Of a DNA stretch of 63,412 nucleotides, positions 42,465-55,149 are shown in pieces. The notes under the pieces were generated by a model that saw only the letters and a list, made by a program, of their open reading frames with translations, was not told where the DNA came from and did not search any database. Both the position numbers and the translations under genes were made by a program. Source of the stretch: Octopus bimaculoides (lineage: Eukaryota); contig NC_068999.1 in NCBI RefSeq assembly GCF_001194135.2, forward strand, positions 15,399,324-15,462,735. The letters run 5' to 3'. The stretch's first letter is position 1. Each line of letters opens with the position of its first letter.

Positions 42465-44879
42465 GTGCTTGTGTGAGAGAGAGTGAAAGAGAGGGAGTCA
42501 ATATTTGAGTATGAATATATACATATATATATATATATATATATCCTGACAAAGACACACACGCAAACACACACACACACACAAGTATATGCGTATATGT
42601 AACGACATACTATGATATCGTCATATCATAGCAGAAAATTACATGTTGCCAACAATCATCTCTAAAATTGAAAGAGTTACACACATGCTACGGATTATAT
42701 AAAATCGAATAAATAAGACGAATTGACGTTTATTGTTATTGAATGATACCCCATGTTTCACATCGAATACATCAGATAATTATTAACATAACCATAACTA
42801 CCTCGGGATTTGTCGTTGTTAATTATACCATGGCGATACCTAAAGCGTATGTTAATAAACGGGGGAGATGTTCCAGCAATTGTATATTTTCACTCCATCG
42901 AATAAATTTCAGATTATTTATGTTCTCCAACAATGGAACTAAATAATGAGGCTATTTCATATATTTGTTTATAAACCATATCGTAATATTCCATCACTTA
43001 ACATTGTCACGAGAGTTACCAAGAATTTGACACGCTCTGTCAAGATTTTTCGCCTGAATTGAGCCATTTTGAAAACAAAAAATGGAGAACTGAAATATTC
43101 AAGCGCTCTGCAAAGTATATATTTCTAGCTATGTGATTCATCGGTACGTTAACAAGAACTATAACTATATATGTTACTTCGAAATATACAGCTGTTCGCG
43201 ATAAAAGCTATAGTGTTATAAGTATACAAAAAATCGAATCAAGATTCCTGAAATTTTCTAGTTTATTTTTATTTCGCTTATATAAAATTATATCAATGCC
43301 AAATTGCTTGTACTAACTGACATAGTTATGCTTTTGACTACAATGTTTTCAATGAAACTTATAGTGGTGATAAATAACAAGCAAATACATAACAAAAATT
43401 AAAGCTGTGTGTAGTTTAGAATAAATATGCTGGAGTACTTATTCTCAATATACATAATGATATTATCCAGGGCATGCAAACATATTTCCTTTTACCATTA
43501 TTTTTATTTCTTTCTTGTCGCTAAGTACACCCGTAATCAGCATTGCGTTTTGAAATGAGAAATTAGACAGCATTCAAAAGTGTGTGTTCAGAAATCCATT
43601 CATATGTCACAATATACTCGTTAGTTCCTAATGACATTAGGAATATTTTCTTCTGACGAGATGTATGCCATGCATAATTTCCATAAGACATATTGAACAT
43701 TATTTCTGTTGTGTACATTTATGTGTGTGCATCATTGTAGCAATATATCTGTCCTTGTGTATGCAGTTTATTTCGTAACAAGTGACTAACTCTTAATTTA
43801 ATAATTCACGTAGAAACAACCGCCGCAATGTTTAATGGTCTCCTAAATCAGTTATAAATTCAGCACAAATACATAGAAATACAAGTAAATAACAGCGGAA
43901 ACTTGTAGTCCAACATTATGTGTATATTGTAGTAATGCTAAAATGAAAGTTTTAGGAATATTGTATTAAGATTATACACATTTCTTCAACTATTATTTAT
44001 GTAAATAACTCCACATTTTGGGTCGCAGACAGCTATCATATTATGAAGCTGAACTAAGTAAAAGTATTAAATGTTAAATTCTTCCCCGATAAATCTTGAT
44101 GGTGCAAATGTATAACAATGACAATCCAGCCATGACCATTCCGATTGCGATCGCAGGGGCAATAATATATCATCAACAATTCAACAATAATAGTACATAA
44201 TTTAAATCTCCTTTTTAAGATATTAAGGTGCTATATAATAGAAATGTATTTTTACTTCTAGGAGATGAGTCAAGCAGTTAGTGCCAATTTTTCGGGAATT
44301 GAATTGCTTAAATGATGCTAAACCTTATAATAGTGCCGTATTGTATAAAAATCTAGAACCTTGTAGCTTCATTAACCGTACTCCTAATGAAGTGTAATAA
44401 AGGACGATTGTACAAACTATCTTCATTATCAAGTAAACACGTCATTGTAAACCACTTTTAAGACAGTGAATCATTAAATAGTTTTTTGGACATCTGATAA
44501 CTTTGCAACAAATGCTTCAAAAATTGTTGTGTAAAGACTTCCTTCCATTAGTAATGCCAACATTATTCTAGTTCCAATAAGCATTGGATTAAAGAAAACA
44601 GGAATTAATAATGAAAGTGTTCCGCATTCTGCAACATCATTAACTAACACAAAGTGACTCAGCGAGCAAACCTATGTGAGAGTCTACGGAACTTAACTGA
44701 TGTTTGTCAGAAGTTATTTCGAGGAAGTAGTCATAAAAAGAATTCAATTGACGCTATGGTGTATCAGGAAGAAATATTTCAATATCAAATCTAACACCAC
44801 AACGATTTCACCAAAACAGCAACAAAAAAAGATGATCCCTAATATTGTCGCTGAATGATTAATGTCATTTGTGGATTAG

Positions 44880-45185
44880 TAGTGATTGTTTGTGTGATAG
44901 GACTTTAGGTGTTGCATTTAAGATCGCAAGATCGTGGCTTCGAATCCTAAAAAGGGTGATGCTTTATGTTCTTGAGCAACATTCTTAATTTGCTCCAGAT
45001 CACTCGACTGTAGATGAGTCACTCTGAAACTGTCTAGCATCATTTTCAGGAGGAATGGTGTGTTCTCAGTCACGTCTACACCGTGAGGACAGGGTATTAG
45101 GATCTATGAGTCCGAGGATTCGAGAGACATATCCAGGAATCTGTGAAGATGATAACGACGACGATGACGATGACGATGACGATGA
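44880..45185 (+). mobile_element. Diverged SINE (family D-like head) with (GAT/GAC)n tail
   Basis: GGCTTCGAATCC B-box-like, TTCTTGAGCAAC, TTGCTCCAGATCACTCGACTGTAGATGAGT, followed by a 3' domain and a trinucleotide tail. Confidence 0.65.
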
Positions 45186-46179
45186 AGAAGATGATGATTA
45201 TGAGAATAAAGATAATGTTGCTGCGGTTGAATAATGGCTCCAGATTTACAGTTGAGAACATTATGTTACATGTTACCAACAACATTGACCTTACAGACTC
45301 AGCAAAGAAGTGGATACAGTTGTAACCAGAACTGCACACATAAACAGACTCGAATTTCCAGATCACCAAAAAAAAAAAGAAAAAAAAAAGAAGTCCAATA
45401 AATTACAAGAGCCATTATTGATAGTTACGGAAATTCATTGCTAATTGTTAATTCTATGAAGCATTCTCAAGGTTTCACAGCAACCCATAATGTCGTTGTT
45501 AGTGAAAACAAAAATATAATACGCTGATTTTTACTAAATTGCTTTCATAAAATTATTCAGAATTGACATGCTAATGATGGCGGCAACACAACTGTCAATA
45601 TCATTTCTTTATCGTATGTTTAGTTTTCCACAGAACACCAATTTTTATATACATAGATATATAGGCCTGCTGGATGTTTAAGATATTTTACGAATTAAAG
45701 AATTCTTGGAATATATGATATTATATATGCAATAATAATTTCGAAGACGAGAGGAAATTATTCGGATTCATTTAATCCAGTTATTATTTAATATGCCTGA
45801 ATTAACTATATGTCATTTACATTATTAGATTACGATATATCCTAATAATGTTCAGTGTCTCTCTTCAGAATGGAACAATAGACATTGAAATTGTACAAGC
45901 GTCTTGGAAAACAATTATATTTCTTATATGAAAGATAAGTCTTAAGAGAAATGCAATATTTTTCTATTTAACTGAATATGGATACGCTTTACTTAAGTAT
46001 TGTGGGCTGTTAATATCTAATTTCCTGCTTAGTCAAAGACGCCATTTCCACTAATATACTTGATGGTATACACATACGTACATATATGCATACATGAACA
46101 CTTACATACATGAATACATACATATGTACATACAAGCACACATACATACAAATATATATGTATGTGTGTGTATATACAT

Positions 46180-46230
<51 letters not shown>

Positions 46231-46478
46231 GTACTGATCCACGATATACAAGCGTGGGCAAGTTTGTATGCATGACTAGGGTACATACATAAAACTTTCC
46301 CCTGTGAAGGACATCGTCATCGTCATCGTCGTCGTTATCATCTTCACAGATTCCTGGATATGTCTCTCGAATCCTCGGACTCATAGATCCAAATACCCTG
46401 TCCTCACGGTGTAGACGTGACTGAGAACACACCATTCCTCCTGAAAATGATGCTAGACAGTTTCAGAGTGACTCATCT
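45012..46478. repeat. 167-bp inverted repeat (arms 45012-45178 and 46312-46478), one mismatch, 1133-bp spacer
   Basis: Base-by-base comparison of the left arm with the reverse complement of the right arm; only difference is GGTATTAGGATC versus GGTATTTGGATC. Confidence 0.95.
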
Positions 46479-46604
46479 CTTCAAGATTTTAGATGTCGCG
46501 GAGAGTCTGCAATGTGTATTCTGTATAACGTTCTGATGCAAAAGACACAGAGTGGTTTCTGTTTCCTAAATTTGTTTTAGAATGTTGTACTCAATGTATT
46601 AAAC

Positions 46605-47330
46605 ATATAGTGTGCCTAGCTTAGTGCTTAGGCGTATTCGGCTCACGATTGTAAGGTTGTGAGGTAACATTCCCAGTAGCATGCTATGACTTTTAGGAAG
46701 ATGTAATGTCACGTTACTCCAGCCCAACATGACAAATTAAATCTTTACTGCTAAACATAGATTGCACATATCAATTCAAAGGGCCAGTCTTCTCAACTTA
46801 CTGTGTCACGGTGAATCTCCCTGAGAACTATGTTAAGCGTACACCTGTCTATGGAATGCTCAGCCACTTGCACGTAAATTTCACCAGATCGTATCAACCA
46901 GAATTGCTGCTATCAGCCGGAATTGCTCGGATCGACTGGAAATGCTCCAATCAACCGGAATTGCTCGGATCGATTGGAATTGCTCGGTGCATCCGGAATT
47001 TCTCAAATCAACCAGAATTGCTCGGATCAACCGGAATTACTCCAATCAACCGGAATTGCTCGGGTCGAATGGAATTGCTCGGATCAACCGGAATTACTCC
47101 AATCAACCGGAATTGCTCGGATCGATTGGAATTGCTCGGTTCATCCGGAATTACTCCAATCAACCGGAATTGCTCGGGTCGAATGGAATTGCTCGGATCA
47201 ACCGGAATTACTCCAATCAACCGGAATTGCTCCAATCAACCGGAATTGCTCGGATCGACTGGAATTGCTCGGATCAACCAGAATTGCTCGGATCAATCAG
47301 AATCCTCAGCGTTGTAACCAACGGAGTGTC
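46605..47330 (+). mobile_element. SINE family D copy containing an expanded internal minisatellite
   Basis: Head GCTTAGGCGTATTCGGCTCACGATTGTAAGG, core CCTGAGAACTATGTTAAG...CAGCCACTTGCACGTAAATTTCAC, and normal 3' end GTTGTAACCAACGGAGTGTC after the array. Confidence 0.8.
46891..47307. repeat. 19-bp minisatellite, 21 full units plus one 18-bp unit, consensus GGATCAACCGGAATTGCTC
   Basis: Units parsed by eye at exact 19-bp spacing; units 9-11 (47043-47099) are identical to units 15-17 (47157-47213). Confidence 0.95.
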
Positions 47331-47785
47331 AGTTTATATGTTCTTTAACATATATCATAAGAAAAGTGGGCTCTGAAATGAGAGACACTCAAAAGATATC
47401 TCAAAGTTACATATTCAACATCAAATTGCAACAGTAATTTCTTTTTTGTGTGAATGTGATGTCATACATTCATACAAACGACAATGAAAATGACTAAGTC
47501 CTAAATATAACTGTGTTTCGTCTCCCCTTAGATGTTACTCCTAATCAACAGCCATATCGAAAAACTTTCTAATCTCATGAATGTCGTTATTTTAACGATA
47601 TTTGCAGAACTACATGATGAGTTGCTATTTCTAGCACATCATTCGAGTGTCTTGATTCACTATTCATGAGTATGCAGGTATTCTTGCTCATGATGTGACC
47701 TACCATCAAATAAGTTAATTTTTAGCCGAATTACCACCCATGGGCTCCTTCTTTTCCCGTGGTAGCATCGCATCAATTTACTCAG

Positions 47786-47826
<41 letters not shown>

Positions 47827-48009
47827 TATATATTTATATATATATATATATAAATTATATATTTATATATGTTGGCTTGCGGTATACGGATGTCATGGAT
47901 GCATACTTGGTAGTGTTATTAATACGTACAGGAAGGCTAGCTGGTTGTATTTTTCCTTTACTATTGTGGACCGTATGGATGGCTTTATTGAGTTCACATA
48001 ATCTAACAG

Positions 48010-48640
48010 TACTTGGACAACCATCAAGCGCATTCTATACTTGGACATAATAGCTCCTTTGGAAGATAGCTATAAAGATACCAAAACGTCAGGGAGACGA
48101 ACTAAAGTGAAAGTGAGACAGGTACTAGAAAAAGTGAAACTTCCCAAGCCAAACATCACTAACGAAGAAAAGTTCGCTATCAAAATACTAGAGAGTGAAA
48201 TTCTATCATAATACTTCTAGCGGACAAAGGAAATGCTACAGTTGTGATGAACATGTTTGACTACTCGGAAAAATTGGCAAGTGTCATAAGTGATGGTAGC
48301 AACAGCAAAGTATAGAAAGACCCAACTCAGAAAACAGAGAGGACGTTGTCATAGATCTTGATCAAGAACAAGGATTACTTTATACCAATAAAGTACAGAC
48401 AACTGACTCATCACTACAGTAAGCTACCACACATGTACGGATTCCCTAAGACTCACAAGGATGGTATTCGATTAAGACCTATAGTGAGCTGTAGAGATTC
48501 AGTATCCAACCAGATGGTGAGTCTAGATGTGATAAGTCTGTTCGCCAAAGTCCCAAATGATGAAGCACTATCAGTGATTCAAGAAAAGCTGGTGACAGAC
48601 ACCTATCTAAAAGAACGCAATAGTATGCCAATAGGAAACG
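48010..48640 (+). mobile_element. Penelope-like element, decayed reverse transcriptase fragment with internal deletion
   Basis: KVRQVLEKVKLPKPNITNEEKFAI...LADKGNATVVMNMFDY...KDPTQKTER...LPHMYGFPKTHKDGIRLRPIVSCRDS / MVSLDVISLFAKVPNDEAL; the YGxPKxHK..RPIVS and SxDVxSLF motifs are PLE-typical. Confidence 0.9.
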
Positions 48641-49109
48641 TGATAGGGGTACACCATGCACATGCATCACAACCATATGTGCGCGTCACTGTGATATCAT
48701 ATCAAGATAAACAGCACTTGACATTGCACGTGGGGCCCAGTTAGAATTTTCTTCACGTCGAGTAGCCCACCTTGCTCAAAAGGTCCCTGAATAAGGATTG
48801 TTTGAAGATTGTGAACGACGCCCCCACGTTTCCAAAGGTGAGTTAACTAAACCCCAAATAATTCCTCTCAAATCATGCATATGATCCCCTCCCCGCTACT
48901 GCACTTGATCAGAATTGCCCATATCGTCAGCCACTGAAGGATGTGCTCAACTGGTGTAGCTCAAACAACTGAGAAGCAAATCTGTGGTACTGAGCAGGAT
49001 ATTTGCTGCAGTCCATATTCTAAACCAAGACAATGTAATGTACATGATAATATTTCCTGTCAGTTAAGAGAAATACCATGAGAGCCACTGCCTGATACGG
49101 CATCAGTGC

Positions 49110-49112
<3 letters not shown>
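48641..49112. mobile_element. Unclassified ~520-bp interspersed repeat X, copy 1 (left-truncated)
   Basis: Colinear with 55486-56001 over its whole length; ends in CATCAGTGCATT(TTA)n. Confidence 0.8.
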
Positions 49113-49187
<75 letters not shown>

Positions 49188-49210
49188 CGTTATTATTATT
49201 ATTATTATTA

Positions 49211-49285
<75 letters not shown>

Positions 49286-49362
49286 CAGTAGCAGTAGTGG
49301 TGGTGGTAGTAGAAGTAGTAATAGTAGTAGTAGCATCAGCAGTAGCAGCAGCAGTAGTAGTT

Positions 49363-49449
<87 letters not shown>
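49111..49449. repeat. Compound (TTA)n-(TAG)n-(CAG)n-(TAG)n microsatellite
   Basis: Direct reading. Confidence 0.95.
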
Positions 49450-50111
49450 ACATACATGAAAGCGTACAGGTAATACTTGACATATTAGGTGATATGCCCT
49501 GGCTACTGAAATTCAATCAATTATTATCTTCACACCTAAGTAACTCATAGTGTGCCAAACATCAAATTTACAGGCATATACTATAATTAAGTCGACTTAG
49601 TCTATGTCATTAAGACCTTCCTTAATAACATACACGTCTACAGTTATATCCCTGCGCTGCAGTTTGTGTGTGTATGTATTTGTGAGGTTTGTGTGTCTAT
49701 GTATGTGTGTGTCTGTGTGTGTGTCTGTGCGTTAGAGCGTGTGTGCGTGTTTGCAAGCAAATGAGAAGGCTTCAGTACGTACACGAATAAATATATACAA
49801 ACACAACCGTACACGCATAGATATTCATATATACACACATAAATATCATATATCATATATAAATATAAACCCACACGAACACACACACACGCGCATGTGC
49901 ACACACACACATATATATATATATATATGCATATACGCACATATATAGATATATATCCAGAATCACATACGTATATATGTATATATACACGTGTGTATAC
50001 ACACACAGAGTGACATAACGGAAGTAAATAGACACTCTTATAATCATTAAAATTTCTTTCAATCTGCAATTATACTTTCAAATTATTTATTAATTATTAT
50101 AGTGTGAATAT

Positions 50112-51133
50112 CTAATATTTAGTAGACGCGCTCCGAGCATTTTTCGACGCAAGGATCCTATAAGGTATGCTACACGTCAGATGACAAATATTTTCTCGCG
50201 GAATATTTTGCCCATTTTCGTGTAGTAATCTGAAAAGGTCTGGCTTTTAGGATACTTTCTTTTTCCTTTTACGATGTGTCCTATCCATTACGCTCCAGGG
50301 GTCCATATCCGGTACATGGGTGAGGCATAGCAGCTTTTTAATGCCGTTCTTTTCCAACCAATCTTGGGACTTCTTAGCCGTGTGACAAGGAGCCCCATCT
50401 ACCATGAATAAAGTCTTCTTTAATCATTTCACCATTGGAGAAGATTGGGAGGCGTCCGTCTTGCAATGTGGACACGTATTTATCTGAGTATTTTTCCATC
50501 ACACTTCACTAGCTCTGATTGACCATTGCTCCAAATTGTTCCCCAGATCATCACAGAATAGCTTCCTTGTTTCATTATTGGCAGCAATGTTTTCATGCCA
50601 AACACTTGATCACTGTCTCTAGATCCACACTTGATCACTGTTAGGAAATACAGCAAATCTGGACTCATCAAAGAATATGATAGCGTCCAGAAATGCTAGC
50701 AGCCATTCCATCATCTCACTGGCCCAATCATTTCTCTACTTGATAGTGGTTTCCTTCTTGCTGTTCTGCCATAGTAGCCAAATTTGTGGAGATACTTGAT
50801 AGCTGTTCTGAGACTGACATCAGCTCGCCCTACTATGTCAGAGGCCTTCCAATAAGGATTATTCTCCACACTTCATATAACAAGGCAAAGGGTCCTGTCA
50901 GTGGGCCCTGGTCGAACTGCGCTAGGTCATGTGGACTCCTTCCATTCTCTGCTGAATTGCAGAATCACCCTAGTAACAGGGGAAAGCGGGATCTCAGGGT
51001 TTTCTGTGATTTTTACGCTATCCACCTTCAGGTTGACCCACAATACGGCCTTTTTTGAAATGTGTACTGTCTTAATACTTCTTTTGTATGTGGCATGATC
51101 AAACAGCCACATATAGAAATTTGATGCATACAA
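50112..51133 (-). mobile_element. Tc1-family (DD34E-type) transposase remnant, nearly full length but decayed
   Basis: KYLHKFGYYGRTARRKPL; DESRFAVFP (first D); GSYSVMIWGTIWSNGQSELV; DGAPCHTAK (second D); PDMDP; C-terminal ...IPYRILASKNARSASTKY* (stop 50112-50114). TIRs not identified. Confidence 0.9.
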
Positions 51134-51296
51134 ATGGCCATTAATAAAAAAAAAATATATAAACCTTTTTCAAGTTAAAAATAAACATAAAAAGGTTTTA
51201 CGGGCTGTCTATTTACTTCTGTCATATGTGTGTTTCCGTACATATGTCTATGTGTGTGTGTGTGTATTTTCATATATTTATAGATATAATATAAAA

Positions 51297-51443
51297 GGCA
51301 GGAGTGGTTGTGTGGTAAGTAGCTTGCTTACCAACCATGTGGTTCCGAGTTCAGTCCCACTGCGTGGCACCTCTACTATAGCCTCGGGCCGACCAAAGCC
51401 TTGTGAGTGGATTTGGTAGATGGAAACTGAAAGAAGCCCGTCG
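51297..51443 (+). mobile_element. tRNA-like SINE, family A (low divergence, small internal deletion)
   Basis: GGCAGGAGTGGTTGTGTGGTAAGTAGCTTGC (A-box-like), GGTTCCGAGTTCAGTCCC (B-box-like), GGAAACTGAAAGAAGCCCGTCG plus (AT)n tail. Confidence 0.9.
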
Positions 51444-51591
51444 TATATATGTATATATATATATATNNNNNNNNNNNNNNNNNNNNNNNNNNNNNNNNNN
51501 NNNNNNNNNNNNNNNNNNNNNNNNNNNNNNNNNNNNNNNNNNNNNNNNNNNNNNNNNNNNNNNNNNNNNNNNNNNNNNNNNNNNNNNNNNN

Positions 51592-51730
51592 TAACTTAGC
51601 GGTTCGGCAAAAAAACAGACCGATAGAATAAGTACTAGGCTTACAAGGGATAAGTCCTGAGGTCGATTTTCTCGACTAAAGGCGGTGCTCCAGCATGGCC
51701 CCAGTCAAATGACTGAAACAAGTAAAAGAG
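51592..51730 (-). mobile_element. Repeat family B copy (partly lost in gap)
   Basis: Reverse complement of 31325-31460. Confidence 0.85.
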
Positions 51731-52448
51731 TATATATATATATATATATCAATTTAAATAAGAGCTATAACGCGATCCATTGTAAAGACTTTATTAATGA
51801 CCTATACACATTTCGATGCAATATCCCAACTCACCCCTGTAAGTTATAAAATATGGAATATTGTATCGCTAATTTGATTAATTCATAGCGGACAGTAAAT
51901 AACAGACAACATTAAAAATTGTCTTGAAACAGGTTAAAATGACATGAAACATATTGACACTGCATACAATATCGGTTAAGAAAACCGTCACATAGTAAAG
52001 TAAGTAAGTAAGTAGTGTTGTTAACTTAGGATATTGGCCTAGGATGTTAAGTAGGAAAAAGAGTAAGGGACGTTGTGAATTTCAATAACGACCGTTTGAC
52101 TTTTTAAAATAAATAAAACGAAGAAAGAAAATAAACTGCTATATATTATAATGAAAAAAAATATATTTATAAATTAATGGTCAAAGGGAGGTAAATGTAG
52201 TAAATAATATTTATGTATACTATAATCTATTCGAATGTATATAATCTTATCAAGTAATTATATTTCATTTAAGTTTAGAACGGTAATGAGATTTATTTTA
52301 AGGTTATGTAAACGAGATAAATTAGAGAATATAAACTATGGAAAATAAATAATAATAAGTAAAGTAAAGTAGGTTACATTCAGATTACAGCTATCAACAT
52401 GTACAATATTTTTTATCAAATTTTTTGTAGAGATCTATAAATGCATAC

Positions 52449-52481
<33 letters not shown>

Positions 52482-54952
52482 CACATATATATATATAAAA
52501 CAAATAATACATGAGTATATGCAAATATACGTACAAGTATGTGCATACCTGCATCTACCGGTATATATAGGTGCATATCTGGGCACAGGACATTGCAAAC
52601 AAAATGTAGAGAAAAAAATATAATAACAAGAGTACAGAAAACACACACGCCACATAGAGAATATTTTCCTTCATCAGCTACCCACATTCTAACACAGGCG
52701 TTTCTAATATACATATAACCTATATATTTTGACAACTTGCCTCCTCCATTTTTAACAAAAGTGATGGGGTTTATGGAATTTCAATCCAAAGGTTCTCCAT
52801 ACATTATATACAAGTACTACTTTCATATCTTCGCAAACTTATGCCTGTAAATTCTCAGCAAACTAAGAAGAATGTTTTTGGGAAAACTATAGTTAAAGGA
52901 AGAACCAACATTCAACGTTTATACATCTATATTACTATNNNNNNNNNNNNNNNNNNNNNNNNNNNNNNNNNNNNNNNNNNNNNNNNNNNNNNNNNNNNNN
53001 NNNNNNNNNNNNNNNNNNNNNNNNNNNNNNNNNNNNNNNNNNNNNNNNNNNNNNNNNNNNNNNNNNNNNNNNNNNNNNNNNNNNNNNNNNNNNNNNNNNN
53101 NNNNNNNNNNNNNNNNNNNNNNNNNNNNNNNNNNNNNNNNNNNNNNNNNNNNNNNNNNNNNNNNNNNNNNNNNNNNNNNNNNNNNNNNNNNNNNNNNNNN
53201 NNNNNNNNNNNNNNNNNNNNNNNNNNNNNNNNNNNNNNNNNNNNNNNNNNNNNNNNNNNNNNNNNNNNNNNNNNNNNNNNNNNNNNNNNNNNNNNNNNNN
53301 NNNNNNNNNNNNNNNNNNNNNNNNNNNNNNNNNNNNNNNNNNNNNNNNNNNNNNNNNNNNNNNNNNNNNNNNNNNNNNNNNNNNNNNNNNNNNNNNNNNN
53401 NNNNNNNNNNNNNNNNNNNNNNNNNNNNNNNNNNNNNNNNNNNNNNNNNNNNNNNNNNNNNNNNNNNNNNNNNNNNNNNNNNNNNNNNNNNNNNNNNNNN
53501 NNNNNNNNNNNNNNNNNNNNNNNNNNNNNNNNNNNNNNNNNNNNNNNNNNNNNNNNNNNNCATATATATATATATATTGTTTTGAAATCTTTCTGCCTTT
53601 ATGACGTGACCTATCACAGAATGAATTATTGCAACTTCAGTTTGTCTCCATTGTAAAGAAGCCAAATACCTATCCATTGATCTCGAAGTCTACTGACATA
53701 TTGCAATTCTCAACGTATTGCTTGGATATCAGTAGATTTTCAGTTTGATCTTGGTTGTACTTCATTCCTTTTTTTTTTTATTACTCTATGTTGGCCTTGT
53801 ATTTTTTGAGTAAAACATTTCTACTAACATTTAGCTGCTGATTTTTTTTTTTTTCTATCATCAACGCTTTGCCTTCAAAATTTACTGAATAAAACACGTT
53901 ACAACCGTCAGAAATATTCAGTATTATTTTCTGATGTTATACGTTATAATGTTTCTGCTGAAGTTTCGGATATAATTTACAGTGGTGGTGGTAATGGTTG
54001 TTTTGGTGGTGCTGCTTCTGCTGCTGCTTCTGCTGCTGCTGCTGCCGCAGCCGTCGCCGCTGCAGAGGTGACCTGCCAAACGTAACGTTCAGACCATATT
54101 TCGATGAAATTATGTCAGCACTTCAATCTCAGCACGCGGTATAGCATAATCTGATAATTATTTTGATATTAATATTCATTACCAGTGTATTTTGTGGCTA
54201 CATTAAATTAATTCCATTGCATGTACGTGCATAAGTGTACCTAAATGGAAAACATATGTACGTTTACGTTTGTTTGTGTTAATATATGTATAAATAGTTA
54301 CGCACACACATACACACGGATGATAGACATATCTATGTGTATGTGTATATATATATATATATNNNNNNNNNNNNNNNNNNNNNNNNNNNNNNNNNNNNNN
54401 NNNNNNNNNNNNNNNNNNNNNNNNNNNNNNNNNNNNNNNNNNNNNNNNNNNNNNNNNNNNNNNNNNNNNNNNNNNNNNNNNNNNNNNNNNNNNNNNNNNN
54501 NNNNNNNNNNNNNNNNNNNNNNNNNNNNNNNNNNNNNNNNNNNNNNNNNNNNNNNNNNNNNNNNNNNNNNNNNNNNNNNNNNNNNNNNNNNNNNNNNNNN
54601 NNNNNNNNNNNNNNNNNNNNNNNNNNNNNNNNNNNNNNNNNNNNNNNNNNNNNNNNNNNNNNNNNNNNNNNNNNNNNNNNNNNNNNNNNNNNNNNNNNNN
54701 NNNNNNNNNNNNNNNNNNNNNNNNNNNNNNNNNNNNNNNNNNNNNNNNNNNNNNNNNNNNNNNNNNNNNNNNNNNNNNNNNNNNNNNNNNNNNNNNNNNN
54801 NNNNNNNNNNNNNNNNNNNNNNNNNNNNNNNNNNNNNNNNNNNNNNNNNNNNNNNNNNNNNNNNNNNNNNNNNNNNNNNNNNNNNNNNNNNNNNNNNNNN
54901 NNNNNNNNNNNNNNNNNNNNNNNNNNNNNNNNNNNNNNNNNNNNNNNNNNNN

Positions 54953-54986
<34 letters not shown>

Positions 54987-55007
54987 CATATATATGTATG
55001 TATATAC

Positions 55008-55149
55008 TACGGCCTTCTTTCAGTTTCGGTCTACAATATCCACCCAAAATTCCTTGGTCGGCTTGAGGCTATAGTAGAAAATACATTCCCAAGGTGGTAC
55101 ACAGTGGGACTGAACCCGCAGCCATATGGTTTGGAAGCCACACAGTTGC
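55008..55149 (-). mobile_element. tRNA-like SINE, family A
   Basis: TTCTTTCAGTTTCGGTCTAC...TTGGTCGGCTTGAGGCTATAGTAGAA...CAGTGGGACTGAACCCG is the reverse complement of 51297-51443. Confidence 0.85.

Noticed and set aside
42700-44880. Minus-strand hydrophobic, membrane-protein-like peptide stretches
   Set aside because: Translation of 44041-44880 in all three minus frames, and partial translation of the rest, gave frequent stops and no coherent family motif; expected from AT-rich DNA.
46891-47307. CRISPR-like look of the 19-bp array, and its three long ORFs (46811-47376)
   Set aside because: Units are contiguous with no unique spacers, there are no cas genes, and the context is eukaryotic. 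The ORFs exist because the unit lacks stop codons on the plus strand.
51297-51365. tRNA gene candidates at SINE heads
   Set aside because: A/B-box-like motifs are present but there is no cloverleaf, and they continue into SINE bodies.
53985-54070. Poly-Ala/Gly-like GC-rich stretch
   Set aside because: Degenerate (GCT)/(GGT) microsatellite ending at a stop, without splice support.
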